Shown: positions 47,479 to 57,760, counted from the first letter of the stretch. The stretch: DNA of 64,000 bases from Candidatus Dojkabacteria bacterium (GCA_040006935.1 JBDTVZ010000003.1:66224-130223); one strand, 5' to 3'. The notes: generated by a model from the letters alone, not told the origin. Numbers and translations: made by a program.

Positions 47479-48662
47479 AAACTCAAATTCGGTTCTCTAT
47501 CAATCTCACCAAATTCTTTTGGATCAAGATAAACTTCCTTATTATTTTTCATTCTTAACTCGTCATTCGTAATTATATTTGCAACGATTCCAATCATCGC
47601 TGCATTATCCCCAGTTAGCTTATTTGAATATGGAAACCTAAGTTTAATATTTTTATTTAAAGATTTCCTAATTAGTGACCTCAATTGCGTACTTGCAACA
47701 ACTCCCCCCCCTAGCCAAATTTCTTTAGGATTATAAATCTTGACAGCTTTCTCTAGCTTAAGAACAACTTGCATTAAAGCTGCATGTTCAAAAACTACAC
47801 ATAAATCTTTAATCGTTTCTGAGTTTAAATTACTTTCTCCAAATTTTGAAATGAAATCTCTGAAGGCTGTTTTTAAACCAGAATAACTAAAGTTTAAATC
47901 ACCAGAATGTTGCATGGGAATTGGAAGGTTATATTCTTTTTGTGAATGAATATTTACACCTTTTACAATTACGCTCTGATTTTTATTAATAATTTCTAAT
48001 TTAATATTTTTTCTATTCTCTTTAGCAAATTTTGAAATTGTTGGACCTGCTGGATAACCAAGGCCTAAAAACCTTCCACATTTATCAAAGCATTCACCAC
48101 AAGCATCGTCTACAGTTTCTCCAATTTTTTTATACTTTCCAAAATCTTCTACAAGAATAAATTCAGTATGACCTCCAGAAACAAGAACACCAATTGCTGG
48201 GAATTGAGGTATTACTGCCCTCTCCTTTAGGAGAGGAGGGACCGCTTGCGGTGGGTGAGGTAATTTAGAGTTTCTTTCTGCAAAAGCAGAAAGTAAATGT
48301 CCCTCCATATGGTTCACATTTACTAAAGGTTTACTATATTTCTCTGCAAGTTCTTTTGCTTTTTTAATTCCTACCTCTAACGCTATTGCTAATCCTGGAC
48401 CTTTTGTAACTGCTATTGAATCTATTTCTTCGATTGTTTTCCCAGATCTCTTTAATGCTTCAATTACAACTGAATCTATTCTTTCTTGATGAGCTAATTT
48501 TGCAATGGATGGAACTACTCCACCGTATTGTTTATGTAAATCAATTTGAGACGGTTGGAAGTTAGACAGAACTGTATTTCCTAGCAAAACTGCAACAGAA
48601 GTTTCGTCACAAGAAGTGTCGATGGCGAGGATCAAGTTTTGTTTTTCTGGTAGAATTTGCAT
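47475..48662 (-). CDS. tsaD: tRNA N6-adenosine threonylcarbamoyltransferase TsaD (Kae1/YgjD)
   Basis: N-terminal ILAIDTSCDETSVAV and metal-binding HMEGHLLSAF (HxxxH), then VLVSGGHTEF. An approximately 16-aa GC-encoded insert (LPHPPQAVPPLLKERAV) precedes the conserved IPQFPAIGVLVSGGHTEF block. Confidence 0.88.
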   Translation of the reverse strand: MQILPEKQNLILAIDTSCDETSVAVLLGNTVLSNFQPSQIDLHKQYGGVVPSIAKLAHQERIDSVVIEALKRSGKTIEEIDSIAVTKGPGLAIALEVGIKKAKELAEKYSKPLVNVNHMEGHLLSAFAERNSKLPHPPQAVPPLLKERAVIPQFPAIGVLVSGGHTEFILVEDFGKYKKIGETVDDACGECFDKCGRFLGLGYPAGPTISKFAKENRKNIKLEIINKNQSVIVKGVNIHSQKEYNLPIPMQHSGDLNFSYSGLKTAFRDFISKFGESNLNSETIKDLCVVFEHAALMQVVLKLEKAVKIYNPKEIWLGGGVVASTQLRSLIRKSLNKNIKLRFPYSNKLTGDNAAMIGIVANIITNDELRMKNNKEVYLDPKEFGEIDREPNLSF

Positions 48663-48818
48663 CCCTGATTATACCATGCAGGAATGAAGAATTACGAATT
48701 ACAAGCTAAGAATATTCATTCGTCATTCATAACTTGTAATTTGATTAACTGCCAAATGACAGATTGGGTAACATCTCCAAGCTCGAGCTGCCTAGAGAGT
48801 GTTATCGGTGGTATAGCT

Positions 48819-49061
48819 TTACCTTTTCTTCGCAGCCCCTGTAATAGACAAGAATATTAAAGCACCTACAGTTGAAGTTAATAAATATCCCCAATTACCG
48901 TAAGCTGAAAGACCTAATAAACTAAACACTAGCCAACCAACAAAACTTCCAATCATTCCAACTATTACGTTTCCTAAACATCCAAAACCTCTTCCACTCA
49001 AAATTAATCCTGCAAGCCAACCCGCTAACGCACCAATTGCCAACGTTATAAGAATTTCCAT
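48819..49061 (-). CDS. GlsB/YeaQ/YmgE family membrane protein
   Basis: Gly-rich two-helix pattern LAIGALAGWLAGLIL...GMIGSFVGW. Confidence 0.6.
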   Translation of the reverse strand: MEILITLAIGALAGWLAGLILSGRGFGCLGNVIVGMIGSFVGWLVFSLLGLSAYGNWGYLLTSTVGALIFLSITGAAKKR

Positions 49062-49078
49062 AAGAATTTAATTAATAA

Positions 49079-49678
49079 TTAATTTAAAAACCATTCATTA
49101 ACCTTTTCCCAATTTATTATATTCCACCAAGCTTCTATGTAATCTGGCCTTTTGTTTTGATATTTTAGGTAATAAGCATGTTCCCAAACGTCTAGTCCTA
49201 GTAACGGAGTCTGACCATTCATTACTGGAGAATCTTGATTTGGTGTACTAATAATTTCTAATTTCCCATCTTTTAAAACTAACCAGGCCCATCCACTTCC
49301 AAATCTTTTTGTAGCAGCGTCTGTGAATTTTGTTTTGAATTCATCAAAGCTTCCTAACTGCTCTGTTATCGCATCCTTAAGTTCTCCTACAGGTTCTTTT
49401 GAACTATTTGAACTTAAGCTCTCCCAAAACATTGTATGATTTGCATGACCTCCCCCATTGTTTATTACTGCTTGTTTTATATCTTCCGGAATTTTATCAA
49501 TTTCTTTCAATAAAGTTACAACATCTTTTGCTAATAAATCTTCGTGATCTTTTAAAGCTGCATTTAGATTTTCAATGTATTTTGCATGGTGTTTATCATG
49601 ATGAATAGTCATAGTCTTCTCATCAATAAATGGTTCGAGAGCGTTATATTCATAGGGTAGCGGAGGAAGTGTGTGCAT
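49079..49678 (-). CDS. sodA: Superoxide dismutase (Fe/Mn)
   Basis: [14 protein letters not shown] and [19 protein letters not shown] metal-ligand motifs. Confidence 0.92.
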   Translation of the reverse strand: MHTLPPLPYEYNALEPFIDEKTMTIHHDKHHAKYIENLNAALKDHEDLLAKDVVTLLKEIDKIPEDIKQAVINNGGGHANHTMFWESLSSNSSKEPVGELKDAITEQLGSFDEFKTKFTDAATKRFGSGWAWLVLKDGKLEIISTPNQDSPVMNGQTPLLGLDVWEHAYYLKYQNKRPDYIEAWWNIINWEKVNEWFLN

Positions 49679-49797
49679 ATATTAAAATTAAAAGTTAAAA
49701 TGTTTAAAAGTTGCAAAGTTACATAACGTTTAAACATTACAACGTTGTAACTTTTTAACAGTCAGATACATTATACACCTTACTCTACTGTCATAGT

Positions 49798-50667
49798 ATG
49801 AAACTTATAATTCAGGAAAAGAATTTCATGAACACGGTAATTACTATTAAAGTTGTGCAAAAAAAGCAAGCAACTGTAGCTATTTTAGATGCAATTGAAA
49901 ATGCTTTTGGGGAATTTGATCGAATTGTAAAGCAGTACACACGTTTTAACGAAGATAGCGAACTTTCTAATTTGAATAGAAATAGTGGGAGTTGGGTGAA
50001 AATTAATCAAGAATTTTTTGATTTAATTAAATACATGTTGAACCTTGCCGAAGAAACAGAAGGTTGCTTTGACCCTACTATAATAGATTTTTTAGAAACA
50101 TATGGATATGATAAAAATTATGACTTCTCAAAATTAGACAATCCTAAACTTGATGGCTTAGTTAAAAATATTGCAGATTCTAGAGCTTCTTTTAAAGATA
50201 TTGAACTTGATGAAAAAAATTTGAAAGTAAAATTAGTAAAAGGACAAAGAATCGATTTAGGTGGAGTTGGAAAAGGATATGCAATAGATTGTGCTTTTGA
50301 CCAGCTAAAAAATATTTGCCAAGATTTCCTGATTGATGCTGGTGGTGATATTAGAGCAACTGGTAAAAATGAAAAAGGTGAAATTTGGAAAGTTGCCTTA
50401 AAAAACAAAATCGATGATAAAGTTGGAGATATTGGATTTATAGAGTTAGATGATGAATCTGTCGCATCCAGTGGCTCGTGGGCAAGAAAAGTAAAACAAT
50501 TTCATCATTTAATAAACCCAAGGACTGGTCTACCAGAAAATAAATTTACTACTGTTTATGTGATTGCAAAAAAGGCAATCGATGCAGATGCATGGGGAAC
50601 TGCTTTATTCGTAGGGGGTGAGAAGTATATAAAAAAACATAAAGATTTAAGGTATCTCACTGTCTAA
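49798..50667 (+). CDS. apbE: FAD:protein FMN transferase ApbE
   Basis: IDLGGVGKGYAID, the ApbE signature. Confidence 0.7.
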   Translation: MKLIIQEKNFMNTVITIKVVQKKQATVAILDAIENAFGEFDRIVKQYTRFNEDSELSNLNRNSGSWVKINQEFFDLIKYMLNLAEETEGCFDPTIIDFLETYGYDKNYDFSKLDNPKLDGLVKNIADSRASFKDIELDEKNLKVKLVKGQRIDLGGVGKGYAIDCAFDQLKNICQDFLIDAGGDIRATGKNEKGEIWKVALKNKIDDKVGDIGFIELDDESVASSGSWARKVKQFHHLINPRTGLPENKFTTVYVIAKKAIDADAWGTALFVGGEKYIKKHKDLRYLTV

Positions 50668-50680
50668 AATTTTTACTTGC

Positions 50681-51274
50681 CTAGGGCATAGCAAGATCTT
50701 CCGGAACTTCTTCCATTTTCTTAATCCTACTTTTAGAATTAAAGAAGAATATTGCTTCAATTGCCACAGCTGCAATTGGAACAAGAATTAATACATAATC
50801 CTCTACTCTATAAAGTCGCAAATACACTACTGCTCCAATAGAAATACACAACAACAAACCTCTTCTAGTGGCATTAAAAAGTGATGCTTTTTCGTAGAAA
50901 TTTTTAAAGAAAAGCTTATCCACGAACAAATGAATACTCGAGAAAAAACAGAATATTGATGCAAGAATACTTACAGCTAGAAGATACGCATTCGGAGAAA
51001 GATAACTCAAAATTAACCCTCTATCTATTAAGCTTTGTATTTCTGCATTAAGTTGTTTAGAATCATCTACGCCAATATTCTTTTCCTCTATTAATTTCTG
51101 AACCATGTCAAGATTTAATGGAGAAATATCAGGACTAACAATCATGTACCTAGCAATGAATGCAAAGAACACTCCGACAATAAAGAATACAAAAAAGTGC
51201 CTCATGCTATGAATGTAAAAACAAAGCCAGTTTGCTATACTAAGTGAAACTATTACTAAAAATTTATGAATCAA
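50681..51274 (-). CDS. Membrane protein, unknown function
   Basis: Four or five TM helices. Confidence 0.35.
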   Translation of the reverse strand: MIHKFLVIVSLSIANWLCFYIHSMRHFFVFFIVGVFFAFIARYMIVSPDISPLNLDMVQKLIEEKNIGVDDSKQLNAEIQSLIDRGLILSYLSPNAYLLAVSILASIFCFFSSIHLFVDKLFFKNFYEKASLFNATRRGLLLCISIGAVVYLRLYRVEDYVLILVPIAAVAIEAIFFFNSKSRIKKMEEVPEDLAMP

Positions 51275-52069
51275 TCAAACGGGCAAAATAATAATACAAG
51301 TTTTGCTGGTTCTAGTACAGCAAGCTCTTACCAAGATATAAAAGTAACTAGTTCTCCTCCATTACCTATGAATCAATCTAGTTTTCGACAATCAGAACCG
51401 CGAAGAAGAGAAAGCGACGATAGGCCAGGCTGCATCACAGCAGGTTGTGGGTGCAGAGCATTTGGATGCGGTATTTTTATTGTAATCGTACTATTTATTA
51501 TTGGTGCAGTATTTATTGTAGTAAATAAACCATCGGGAATTTGGGACTCGGTAGTTACATTCCTTAATGCTGGTGTTGCAATTCCGGAATATAATGGAAC
51601 AACCTCAGATAGTGCAAAAAATAAAATAAATGATCAAATTACAAAAGTTGGTGAGAATCAAATTACAATGGACCAAGACTCTTTTACTGCAATAGTGCGG
51701 GAAAGACTTCCGGATTTAAAAAACCCAGTTGTAGAAATAAAACCAGACATGATAAAAGTCTATTGGGAATTGGATCAAACAGTTCCAAGTAATCCACTTT
51801 ATGGTGAGATTGAAATAAAACTAGAAAATCAGAAACTAGCAATTAGCAAAGTAGGCGTTGAAAGAATCGGTACCCCTGCTTTCTTAAACGACTTTGTTTC
51901 TAATACAGCACTATCCTTGCTAGGTAATAAAAGCAGTGCACAGAAAGATAGTCCATATAGTTTGCTCTACAATTTCCTATCTCCAGACCAAAACATAACA
52001 ATTAAAAATGTAAGCTTGGAAAAAGGCCAAGCAATAATAACAATAGATATAAAAGCGAATTTATTCTAA
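51266..52069 (+). CDS. Membrane-anchored protein with a Cys-rich GC-encoded segment (GCITAGCGCRAFGCG)
   Basis: ORF. A locally GC-rich stretch lies at 51400-51480, followed by a TM helix. Confidence 0.35.
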   Translation: MNQSNGQNNNTSFAGSSTASSYQDIKVTSSPPLPMNQSSFRQSEPRRRESDDRPGCITAGCGCRAFGCGIFIVIVLFIIGAVFIVVNKPSGIWDSVVTFLNAGVAIPEYNGTTSDSAKNKINDQITKVGENQITMDQDSFTAIVRERLPDLKNPVVEIKPDMIKVYWELDQTVPSNPLYGEIEIKLENQKLAISKVGVERIGTPAFLNDFVSNTALSLLGNKSSAQKDSPYSLLYNFLSPDQNITIKNVSLEKGQAIITIDIKANLF

Positions 52070-52992
52070 TGATAAGAATTTTTTCCGGAACGGATAGCTT
52101 CGAAAGTTATTCCCTTGCAAAAAAACAAGCAGAAAAGTTAGCAGCGGATAATAACGAAGAAATTAAAATCCTTAATGCTAATGAGATTGATAATCCCGCA
52201 GAATTTATTCAATACATAGAAGGCGTAGGGATGTTTTCTGGTGGCTATATTGTTTTTCTAAAAAGACTTTCCGGAAATAAAAAACTACTAGACTATTTTA
52301 GTGATAATTACGATAAATTAAAAATTTATAATATTATTTTATGGGAAGAATCAAAATTAGATGGAAGGCTTAAATTCTTTCTTAAATTAAAAAAAGATAA
52401 CGGCTCCTTTACTTTCGATTTACCTAATGACCGAGATTTAAAAGCTTGGTTAAACAAAGAAGCTAAAGACAAAGGAATTAAATTTTCAGACTTTCAACTT
52501 AATATTCTAATTGAAAACCTCGGAATAGATAAGTGGAGGTTAATTAATGAGTTAGAAAAAATATCAATCTACCTTTCCGCAGAACAAAAAGATTCTTTGG
52601 GAAATGATGAATTTAACAAAATAGTAGGTTTCGAAGTTTCTGGAGATATTTGGAAACTAGTCGATGCTTTTAGTAATAGAAGATCGAAAGAATGTTTAGA
52701 AGAATACTCTAAAATTTCGTCTTTTGAAGATAATGGACAGTATATTATTGCAATGATGGAAAGAGAATTATCTAATCTTGCTCTGCTTCATTTTGCGAAG
52801 AGAGAAGGCTTGCAGGATAATGAAATTGGTATGCACCCTTTTGTTTTACAGAAATTAAAAGCAAAGGTTAGAAATTTTAGCTTAATCGATATAAATAAAT
52901 ACCTTAAAAAGCTATTTGATTTAGATAGATCTATAAAAAATGGTGATATTGATGAAAAGGTTGGTTTGAGCTTGTATATACTCTCGCTTTGA
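52069..52992 (+). CDS. holA: DNA polymerase III delta subunit-like (HolA)
   Basis: N-terminal IRIFSGTDSFESYSL resembles the delta N-terminal block. Size is about 300 aa. Confidence 0.5.
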   Translation: MIRIFSGTDSFESYSLAKKQAEKLAADNNEEIKILNANEIDNPAEFIQYIEGVGMFSGGYIVFLKRLSGNKKLLDYFSDNYDKLKIYNIILWEESKLDGRLKFFLKLKKDNGSFTFDLPNDRDLKAWLNKEAKDKGIKFSDFQLNILIENLGIDKWRLINELEKISIYLSAEQKDSLGNDEFNKIVGFEVSGDIWKLVDAFSNRRSKECLEEYSKISSFEDNGQYIIAMMERELSNLALLHFAKREGLQDNEIGMHPFVLQKLKAKVRNFSLIDINKYLKKLFDLDRSIKNGDIDEKVGLSLYILSL

Positions 52993-53002
52993 AGAATAAG
53001 CT

Positions 53003-53082
53003 GGACCGCCCACACCATGAATTACTTCCGGGGCGGTATGACCTCTCCCTAACCCTCTCCTTAAAAGGAGAGGGAATCGGAC
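53003..53082. repeat. GC-rich double hairpin (gaccgcc..ggggcgg and ccctctcc-ttaaaa-ggagaggg) downstream of holA
   Basis: The hairpin ccctctcc/ggagaggg is the same sequence as the in-frame insertion in tsaD (48218-48240). Confidence 0.5.
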
Positions 53083-53104
53083 CCTTCGTTTTCTCAAACC
53101 TTTA

Positions 53105-54328
53105 GTGTACAATATACATATGAAGAAATCATTTATTTTCTTTACAACTTTAATTCTACTTTGTTCCTTTCTACAAACTAAGGTTTCTGCTCTAACCGTA
53201 ATTTCCAGAGACACTATTGGAATTGAGAAAGCAATTACAAAAGATGATTTAGCATTCAGTCTTCCTCAAGAAATTGTTGTTGCTCCAATTTTCCTTGGAG
53301 TAGAAAGCAGTAAAATCTCTCAAAAAGAGTGGGTGGAATCTCTTTATTACTACACTATACAAAAACTTGGCTTTACCGACTTACCATTTCATTACATAGT
53401 TTCAACTACAGGAGAAGTCTACCAGGGAAATTTGGGTGGCGATGAGAGAAAGGTAAATGTAGAAGGAATTGGTTCAAATGTAATTTTAATTGCATATTTA
53501 GCAAACGGAAAACAAAATACATTTGATTCTAAATCCGATGACTCATTACAGAATTTGTTACTCACTGTTGCGAATAAGAATTCGATTAAACCTGAAAATA
53601 TTGTAGCAAGTGGAGTTAAATTTATTAGAGATAAAGAAAACAAAACAATTCATATACAATCTAGCGAAATATTTGGTAACTGGGCAGCAAAATTAGAAGA
53701 CTATAAAGGATTTGTAGCAGCAAACTACTCTCCTCAACCAAAATCTTACACTGTAGAAGTTAGTAACCTTGCTCTTTCATCAGTAGAAGCACTACCCGGC
53801 GAAGAAGTTACAGGAACAATTACTGTAAAAAACACTGGGGACAATGGATTATATGGTGGAACGGATAATGAAATAGTTGCTACAAAAGCAGATGGGGGTT
53901 CGAGTCAATTCTTTATTAACAATGTATGGTTATCTAGAAGTCAATTTAGTTTAATGGCGGAAAATCAGAATATTCTTCCAAAACAAGAGACAGCTCTTAA
54001 CTTTAAAATTAAAGCTCCTCTTGCAAAAGGTGATATTGGTGAGGATTTTATTTTAAAAACTTTAGGTGGTGGAGATATTTCTGCTGCACCAATTACTTTA
54101 AAGTTAACACTAAAACCTTCCGATAAAAGAATTATTCAAATTCAAAATACTGAGCTTGGATATTTAAAAGTTAGGGGCGAACCTTCTACTTTAGGAGCGG
54201 AAATCGGCCAAGCAGCAAGCGGAGAAAGATATTTTGTAGTAGAAGATGCAGGGAATGGATATTTAAGAATAGATTTAGGAAATGGATCAACAGGTTGGGT
54301 TGCAGGATGGCTAGTTAATGATATTTAA
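53105..54328 (+). CDS. Secreted N-acetylmuramoyl-L-alanine amidase (Amidase_2/PGRP-like) with a C-terminal SH3b domain
   Basis: Signal peptide. GFTDLPFHYIVSTTGEVYQGN matches the amidase_2 block. C-terminal LGYLKVRGEPSTLGAEIGQ...GWVAGWLV is SH3b-like. Confidence 0.45.
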   Translation: MYNIHMKKSFIFFTTLILLCSFLQTKVSALTVISRDTIGIEKAITKDDLAFSLPQEIVVAPIFLGVESSKISQKEWVESLYYYTIQKLGFTDLPFHYIVSTTGEVYQGNLGGDERKVNVEGIGSNVILIAYLANGKQNTFDSKSDDSLQNLLLTVANKNSIKPENIVASGVKFIRDKENKTIHIQSSEIFGNWAAKLEDYKGFVAANYSPQPKSYTVEVSNLALSSVEALPGEEVTGTITVKNTGDNGLYGGTDNEIVATKADGGSSQFFINNVWLSRSQFSLMAENQNILPKQETALNFKIKAPLAKGDIGEDFILKTLGGGDISAAPITLKLTLKPSDKRIIQIQNTELGYLKVRGEPSTLGAEIGQAASGERYFVVEDAGNGYLRIDLGNGSTGWVAGWLVNDI

Positions 54329-54345
54329 TTTTTTATAAATATTTT

Positions 54346-54570
54346 ATGCAAGCACAAGAAAAAGTAGTTGAAGATCTATCAATCCCTAATAAATTCTTTA
54401 GCGGAACAGGTCCTACATTTCAATATATAGATCGCTTCAAAACTGGTGATCACACTTTAACAATTGCTACAATACAGCAGACGAATGTAAGTACAGAGGC
54501 AAAGGACTATTTTAATGCTATTTTTGATGAAACCGTAACAAAATCAGTAAAAAGTTATCATTGGTTATAA
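54346..54570 (+). CDS. Hypothetical small protein
   Basis: ORF only. Confidence 0.25.
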   Translation: MQAQEKVVEDLSIPNKFFSGTGPTFQYIDRFKTGDHTLTIATIQQTNVSTEAKDYFNAIFDETVTKSVKSYHWL

Positions 54571-54827
54571 TTAGTAATAATTCTGTTAATCTATTTATAT
54601 CGAAAAATTCCGAAGGAGGTATAGGTTTGTACTTTTCACCTACTAGTGAACTAAGCTTTAATGAAAACAGATTAATAGATGACTTGGTTTCGGATAGGAT
54701 CTGCGAGAAAGTCACTGGCTATGTACCATTTATAACAAATGGTACTCCTGGTAATTATGAATATAATACAGCTTTATCAAATTTTAAAACTGCTACAGAT
54801 GGAAAGGTTTTTAAGTCGGCAGTATAA
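54561..54827 (+). CDS. Hypothetical small protein
   Basis: ORF only. Confidence 0.25.
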   Translation: MVIISNNSVNLFISKNSEGGIGLYFSPTSELSFNENRLIDDLVSDRICEKVTGYVPFITNGTPGNYEYNTALSNFKTATDGKVFKSAV

Positions 54828-54972
54828 GAAATAAGCTCGAACAAAACTCCTAACCAAAATTAATTAATCACTAAATCGATTGTATCGGCACCACAAAGCT
54901 TTGCAGATGCAGTTTAATCTACTGGTTCAGGGTTTTTATAACTGAAGGAGTTCTTACTAAAAAGGGACTCCT

Positions 54973-55884
54973 TTAACGAAATCTAAAAAATACTTTGAGG
55001 ATGCTGTACCAAAATTTATTTATCACCAAATCAATTGTATCTTCATACTCAACTTCATCACCTCCAAACCCATCTTTAAATCTACTGTATCCGTCGGATT
55101 TATCTTTTTGAATTCCCATTAAATCTAACTTTTTGTATCCATGGTTTTGTCCAAATTTAATAACTTCCCAAACTAATAAATATATTGGCATTACTTTTTT
55201 GTGCAAGTCACTGGAACCTCCATATGGATAATATAAAGTATCTCCAAATCCTATTAAAAACCATGAGCCTAAAGGTATTTGTTGATAATATGCAGTTGCA
55301 ATGTAAGTAACTGGTTTCTGATGACTGACAACTGATGACTCATTTAATACTTCCCAAACTTTTTTTATATATTCAGAATCACGATCATTATACTCTTGTC
55401 TACTAACTGTCTCTTCATGCAATTTTAGGAATTCATTTAAAGCGTCTTCTGATTGCGAAATTTTTATTTCAACATTATTCTTTTTAGCAATTTTAAGATT
55501 ATATCTGTGCTTTTGCTTCATTGCTGCAAGTAACTCCTCTTCTCTTTTTTCAAGATTAATAATCACAGTTCGTTGAAGTTGAGTCGGTCTACCTTTATTA
55601 ATTTTGACTGTTGACTCATGACTGTTGACTTCAGTAATGCCTTCTCCATCAATTGTTTTAGCGTTATCAGGGTCAATGCTGACATAAACACAACCAGCTT
55701 CTTTTGCTTTGTTATAAATTTCTTGAAGGTTAACTTTGTTTAAATCTGCACGCGGAATATATCCAATGGATTTATTAATTAATGGAATAGGTGTAGTTTG
55801 AAACCAAGTTCCACCTGCATCGTAAACTTTATTGCCTAAAGCTTCTTTAACTTTTTTCCAGTAAATTGAATTTAAAAAATGCAT
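54973..55884 (-). CDS. FemAB-family peptidoglycan peptide-bridge transferase-like protein
   Basis: Overall FemX/FemAB-like pattern (N-terminal ..WKKVKEALGNKVYD.., YIPRADL); moderate. Confidence 0.45.
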   Translation of the reverse strand: MHFLNSIYWKKVKEALGNKVYDAGGTWFQTTPIPLINKSIGYIPRADLNKVNLQEIYNKAKEAGCVYVSIDPDNAKTIDGEGITEVNSHESTVKINKGRPTQLQRTVIINLEKREEELLAAMKQKHRYNLKIAKKNNVEIKISQSEDALNEFLKLHEETVSRQEYNDRDSEYIKKVWEVLNESSVVSHQKPVTYIATAYYQQIPLGSWFLIGFGDTLYYPYGGSSDLHKKVMPIYLLVWEVIKFGQNHGYKKLDLMGIQKDKSDGYSRFKDGFGGDEVEYEDTIDLVINKFWYSILKVFFRFR

Positions 55885-55951
55885 ACATTAGTTTGTTGAT
55901 AAACAAATTATAACGTAATAATATTAGGTTAGTAATTTTTATTTACATAAA

Positions 55952-56785
55952 ATGGATCAGAAAAAACCTTCGCGATTACCTCTAATATTAGCAGTCCTCG
56001 CACTTATAGGATTATGCATTGTGAGTATTATTGCCATAATTTTAGGCCTTGTTCTAATTAACAGGAATCGAGAAGATGTTAAAAATAATAGTAATGATAC
56101 TGGAACTGTAAGTTCACCAGTTGTAAATCCGCCGACTCCTGAACCAATCCCAGTTGCAACAAAATGCAGAATTGATAACTCCCCTACAATAGATTCGACT
56201 GATGCATATGAAATAAATGTAAAAAGACCGTTTGTTTCGGGTTGCGAATCTCAAGCGCAAAATGATCTCAATCAATATATTATTGACTCGATAAACCAAG
56301 ATGAAAAGACAGTTAAATTTACCGATCCTTCTGGAAGTGCTAAAAATTCATTGGATTTGGACTATGAAGTTGTATCAAATAGCACAAAGTTTATAAGCAT
56401 TCTTATCAAAGGATATATTTATTTAGGAGGAGCTCATGGTGATTCAGTTTTCATTCCAATAAATTATGATCTTGTTCATAATAAAATTATTAAATTCGAA
56501 GATCTAGAAACAGACCCCCTTTTTGTTTCTAAAATATCATCTTATTCTATAAATGCTTTAAAAATAAAACTTAACGAACCCGAGCTTGATTCTTCCATAG
56601 AGTCTGGAGCAAGTGCGGACTCTGCTAATTTTCAAATCTTTAATCTGTATAAAAACGGTATCAAAATAACTTTTGGAGATTATCAAGTTGGACCATATGC
56701 ATTAGGACCACAAGAAGTATTAGTGCCTTGGAGTGAAGTTTCTAACTATGCATCACTAGAAATTCAAGATCTATTAGGAGTTTAG
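55952..56785 (+). CDS. Secreted DUF4163/DUF3298 (RsiV/PdaC-type) domain protein
   Basis: N-terminal TM/signal, then ...YLGGAHGDSVFIPINYDLVHNKIIKFEDL, typical of DUF3298. Confidence 0.45.
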   Translation: MDQKKPSRLPLILAVLALIGLCIVSIIAIILGLVLINRNREDVKNNSNDTGTVSSPVVNPPTPEPIPVATKCRIDNSPTIDSTDAYEINVKRPFVSGCESQAQNDLNQYIIDSINQDEKTVKFTDPSGSAKNSLDLDYEVVSNSTKFISILIKGYIYLGGAHGDSVFIPINYDLVHNKIIKFEDLETDPLFVSKISSYSINALKIKLNEPELDSSIESGASADSANFQIFNLYKNGIKITFGDYQVGPYALGPQEVLVPWSEVSNYASLEIQDLLGV

Positions 56786-57396
56786 GATAATTCCTGAAAT
56801 CTAAAACAATCCTCTGTATGATCCATAACAAGCCCTGTTGCTTGCATATGTGCATACATGATTGTTGATCCTACAAATTTAAAACCTCTTTTAATTAAGT
56901 CTTTAGAAAGTGCATCCGATTCTTTTGAATTTGCGGGAATTTCTTTTGGAGTTTTCCAATGATTAATAATTGGTTTATTATTTACAAAAGACCAAATGTA
57001 TTTAGAAAAACTTCCGTATTCATTTTGAATTTCTAAAAACAATTTTGCATTATTTATTTCAGACCTTATCTTTAATTTATTTCTAATTATTTCTGGATTT
57101 AATAAAAGTTCTTGAAATTTACTCACATCATATTTTGCAACTTTACTAACATCAAAATTTGCGAACGCTTTTCTATAACCTTCTCTTCTTTTTAAAATCG
57201 TACTCCAACTTAATCCTGCTTGAGCCCCCTCTAAAATTAAAAACTCAAAGTGAATTTTATCATCATGAATAGGAACTCCCCATTCCGTATCGTGATATTT
57301 AATCATTTCATCGAAAGAATTTTGTACCCAAAAGCAGCGTGAACGATTCCCCTCTTCAGAGGGGATTAAGGGGTGTGTTTCATTCAACTTTTTCAT
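56782..57396 (-). CDS. tag: DNA-3-methyladenine glycosylase I (Tag)
   Basis: RCFWV..YHDTEWGVP...EGAQAGLSWSTIL are Tag motifs. The roughly 19-aa N-terminal extension is encoded partly by a GC hairpin at 57349-57364. Confidence 0.8.
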   Translation of the reverse strand: MKKLNETHPLIPSEEGNRSRCFWVQNSFDEMIKYHDTEWGVPIHDDKIHFEFLILEGAQAGLSWSTILKRREGYRKAFANFDVSKVAKYDVSKFQELLLNPEIIRNKLKIRSEINNAKLFLEIQNEYGSFSKYIWSFVNNKPIINHWKTPKEIPANSKESDALSKDLIKRGFKFVGSTIMYAHMQATGLVMDHTEDCFRFQELS

Positions 57397-57760
57397 ATTC
57401 TTCTATCCAAACAATTATCGTTTGCAAAATATTATTAATATTACTTTTTACACTGTGATCGCTAAATCTAATAAGATTGATTCCTATAGCCAAAAGTTCT
57501 TTCTCTCTTTTAAGATCATAATCAAATTTATCTTCGTTATGACTATTCCCATCAATCTCAATAGCCAATTTTAATTCAGAACAATAGAAATCTACAATAT
57601 AGTTTCCAATAGGCCTTTGTCTATGAAAATCAAAACCTAATAGTTTTTTATTTCTAATTTCTTTCCATAATAAAACCTCAGAAAGTGTACTTTTATTTCT
57701 GAGGTTTCTTGCTAACTGTTTAAGTTTAGGGTTGTAAGGAATTATTTCTCTCATGAACAC
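57380..57760 (-). CDS. DUF559 (Vsr-like endonuclease domain) protein
   Basis: LRNKSTLSEVLLWKEIRNKKLLGFDFHRQRPIGNYIVDFYC...IEIDGNSH matches DUF559. Confidence 0.65.
   Translation of the reverse strand: MFMREIIPYNPKLKQLARNLRNKSTLSEVLLWKEIRNKKLLGFDFHRQRPIGNYIVDFYCSELKLAIEIDGNSHNEDKFDYDLKREKELLAIGINLIRFSDHSVKSNINNILQTIIVWIEEYEKVE

Noticed and set aside
52921-53214. 97-aa ORF on - strand spanning the holA/amidase intergenic region
   Set aside because: It runs through the GC hairpin repeat and overlaps the ends of two well-supported genes, so it is spurious.
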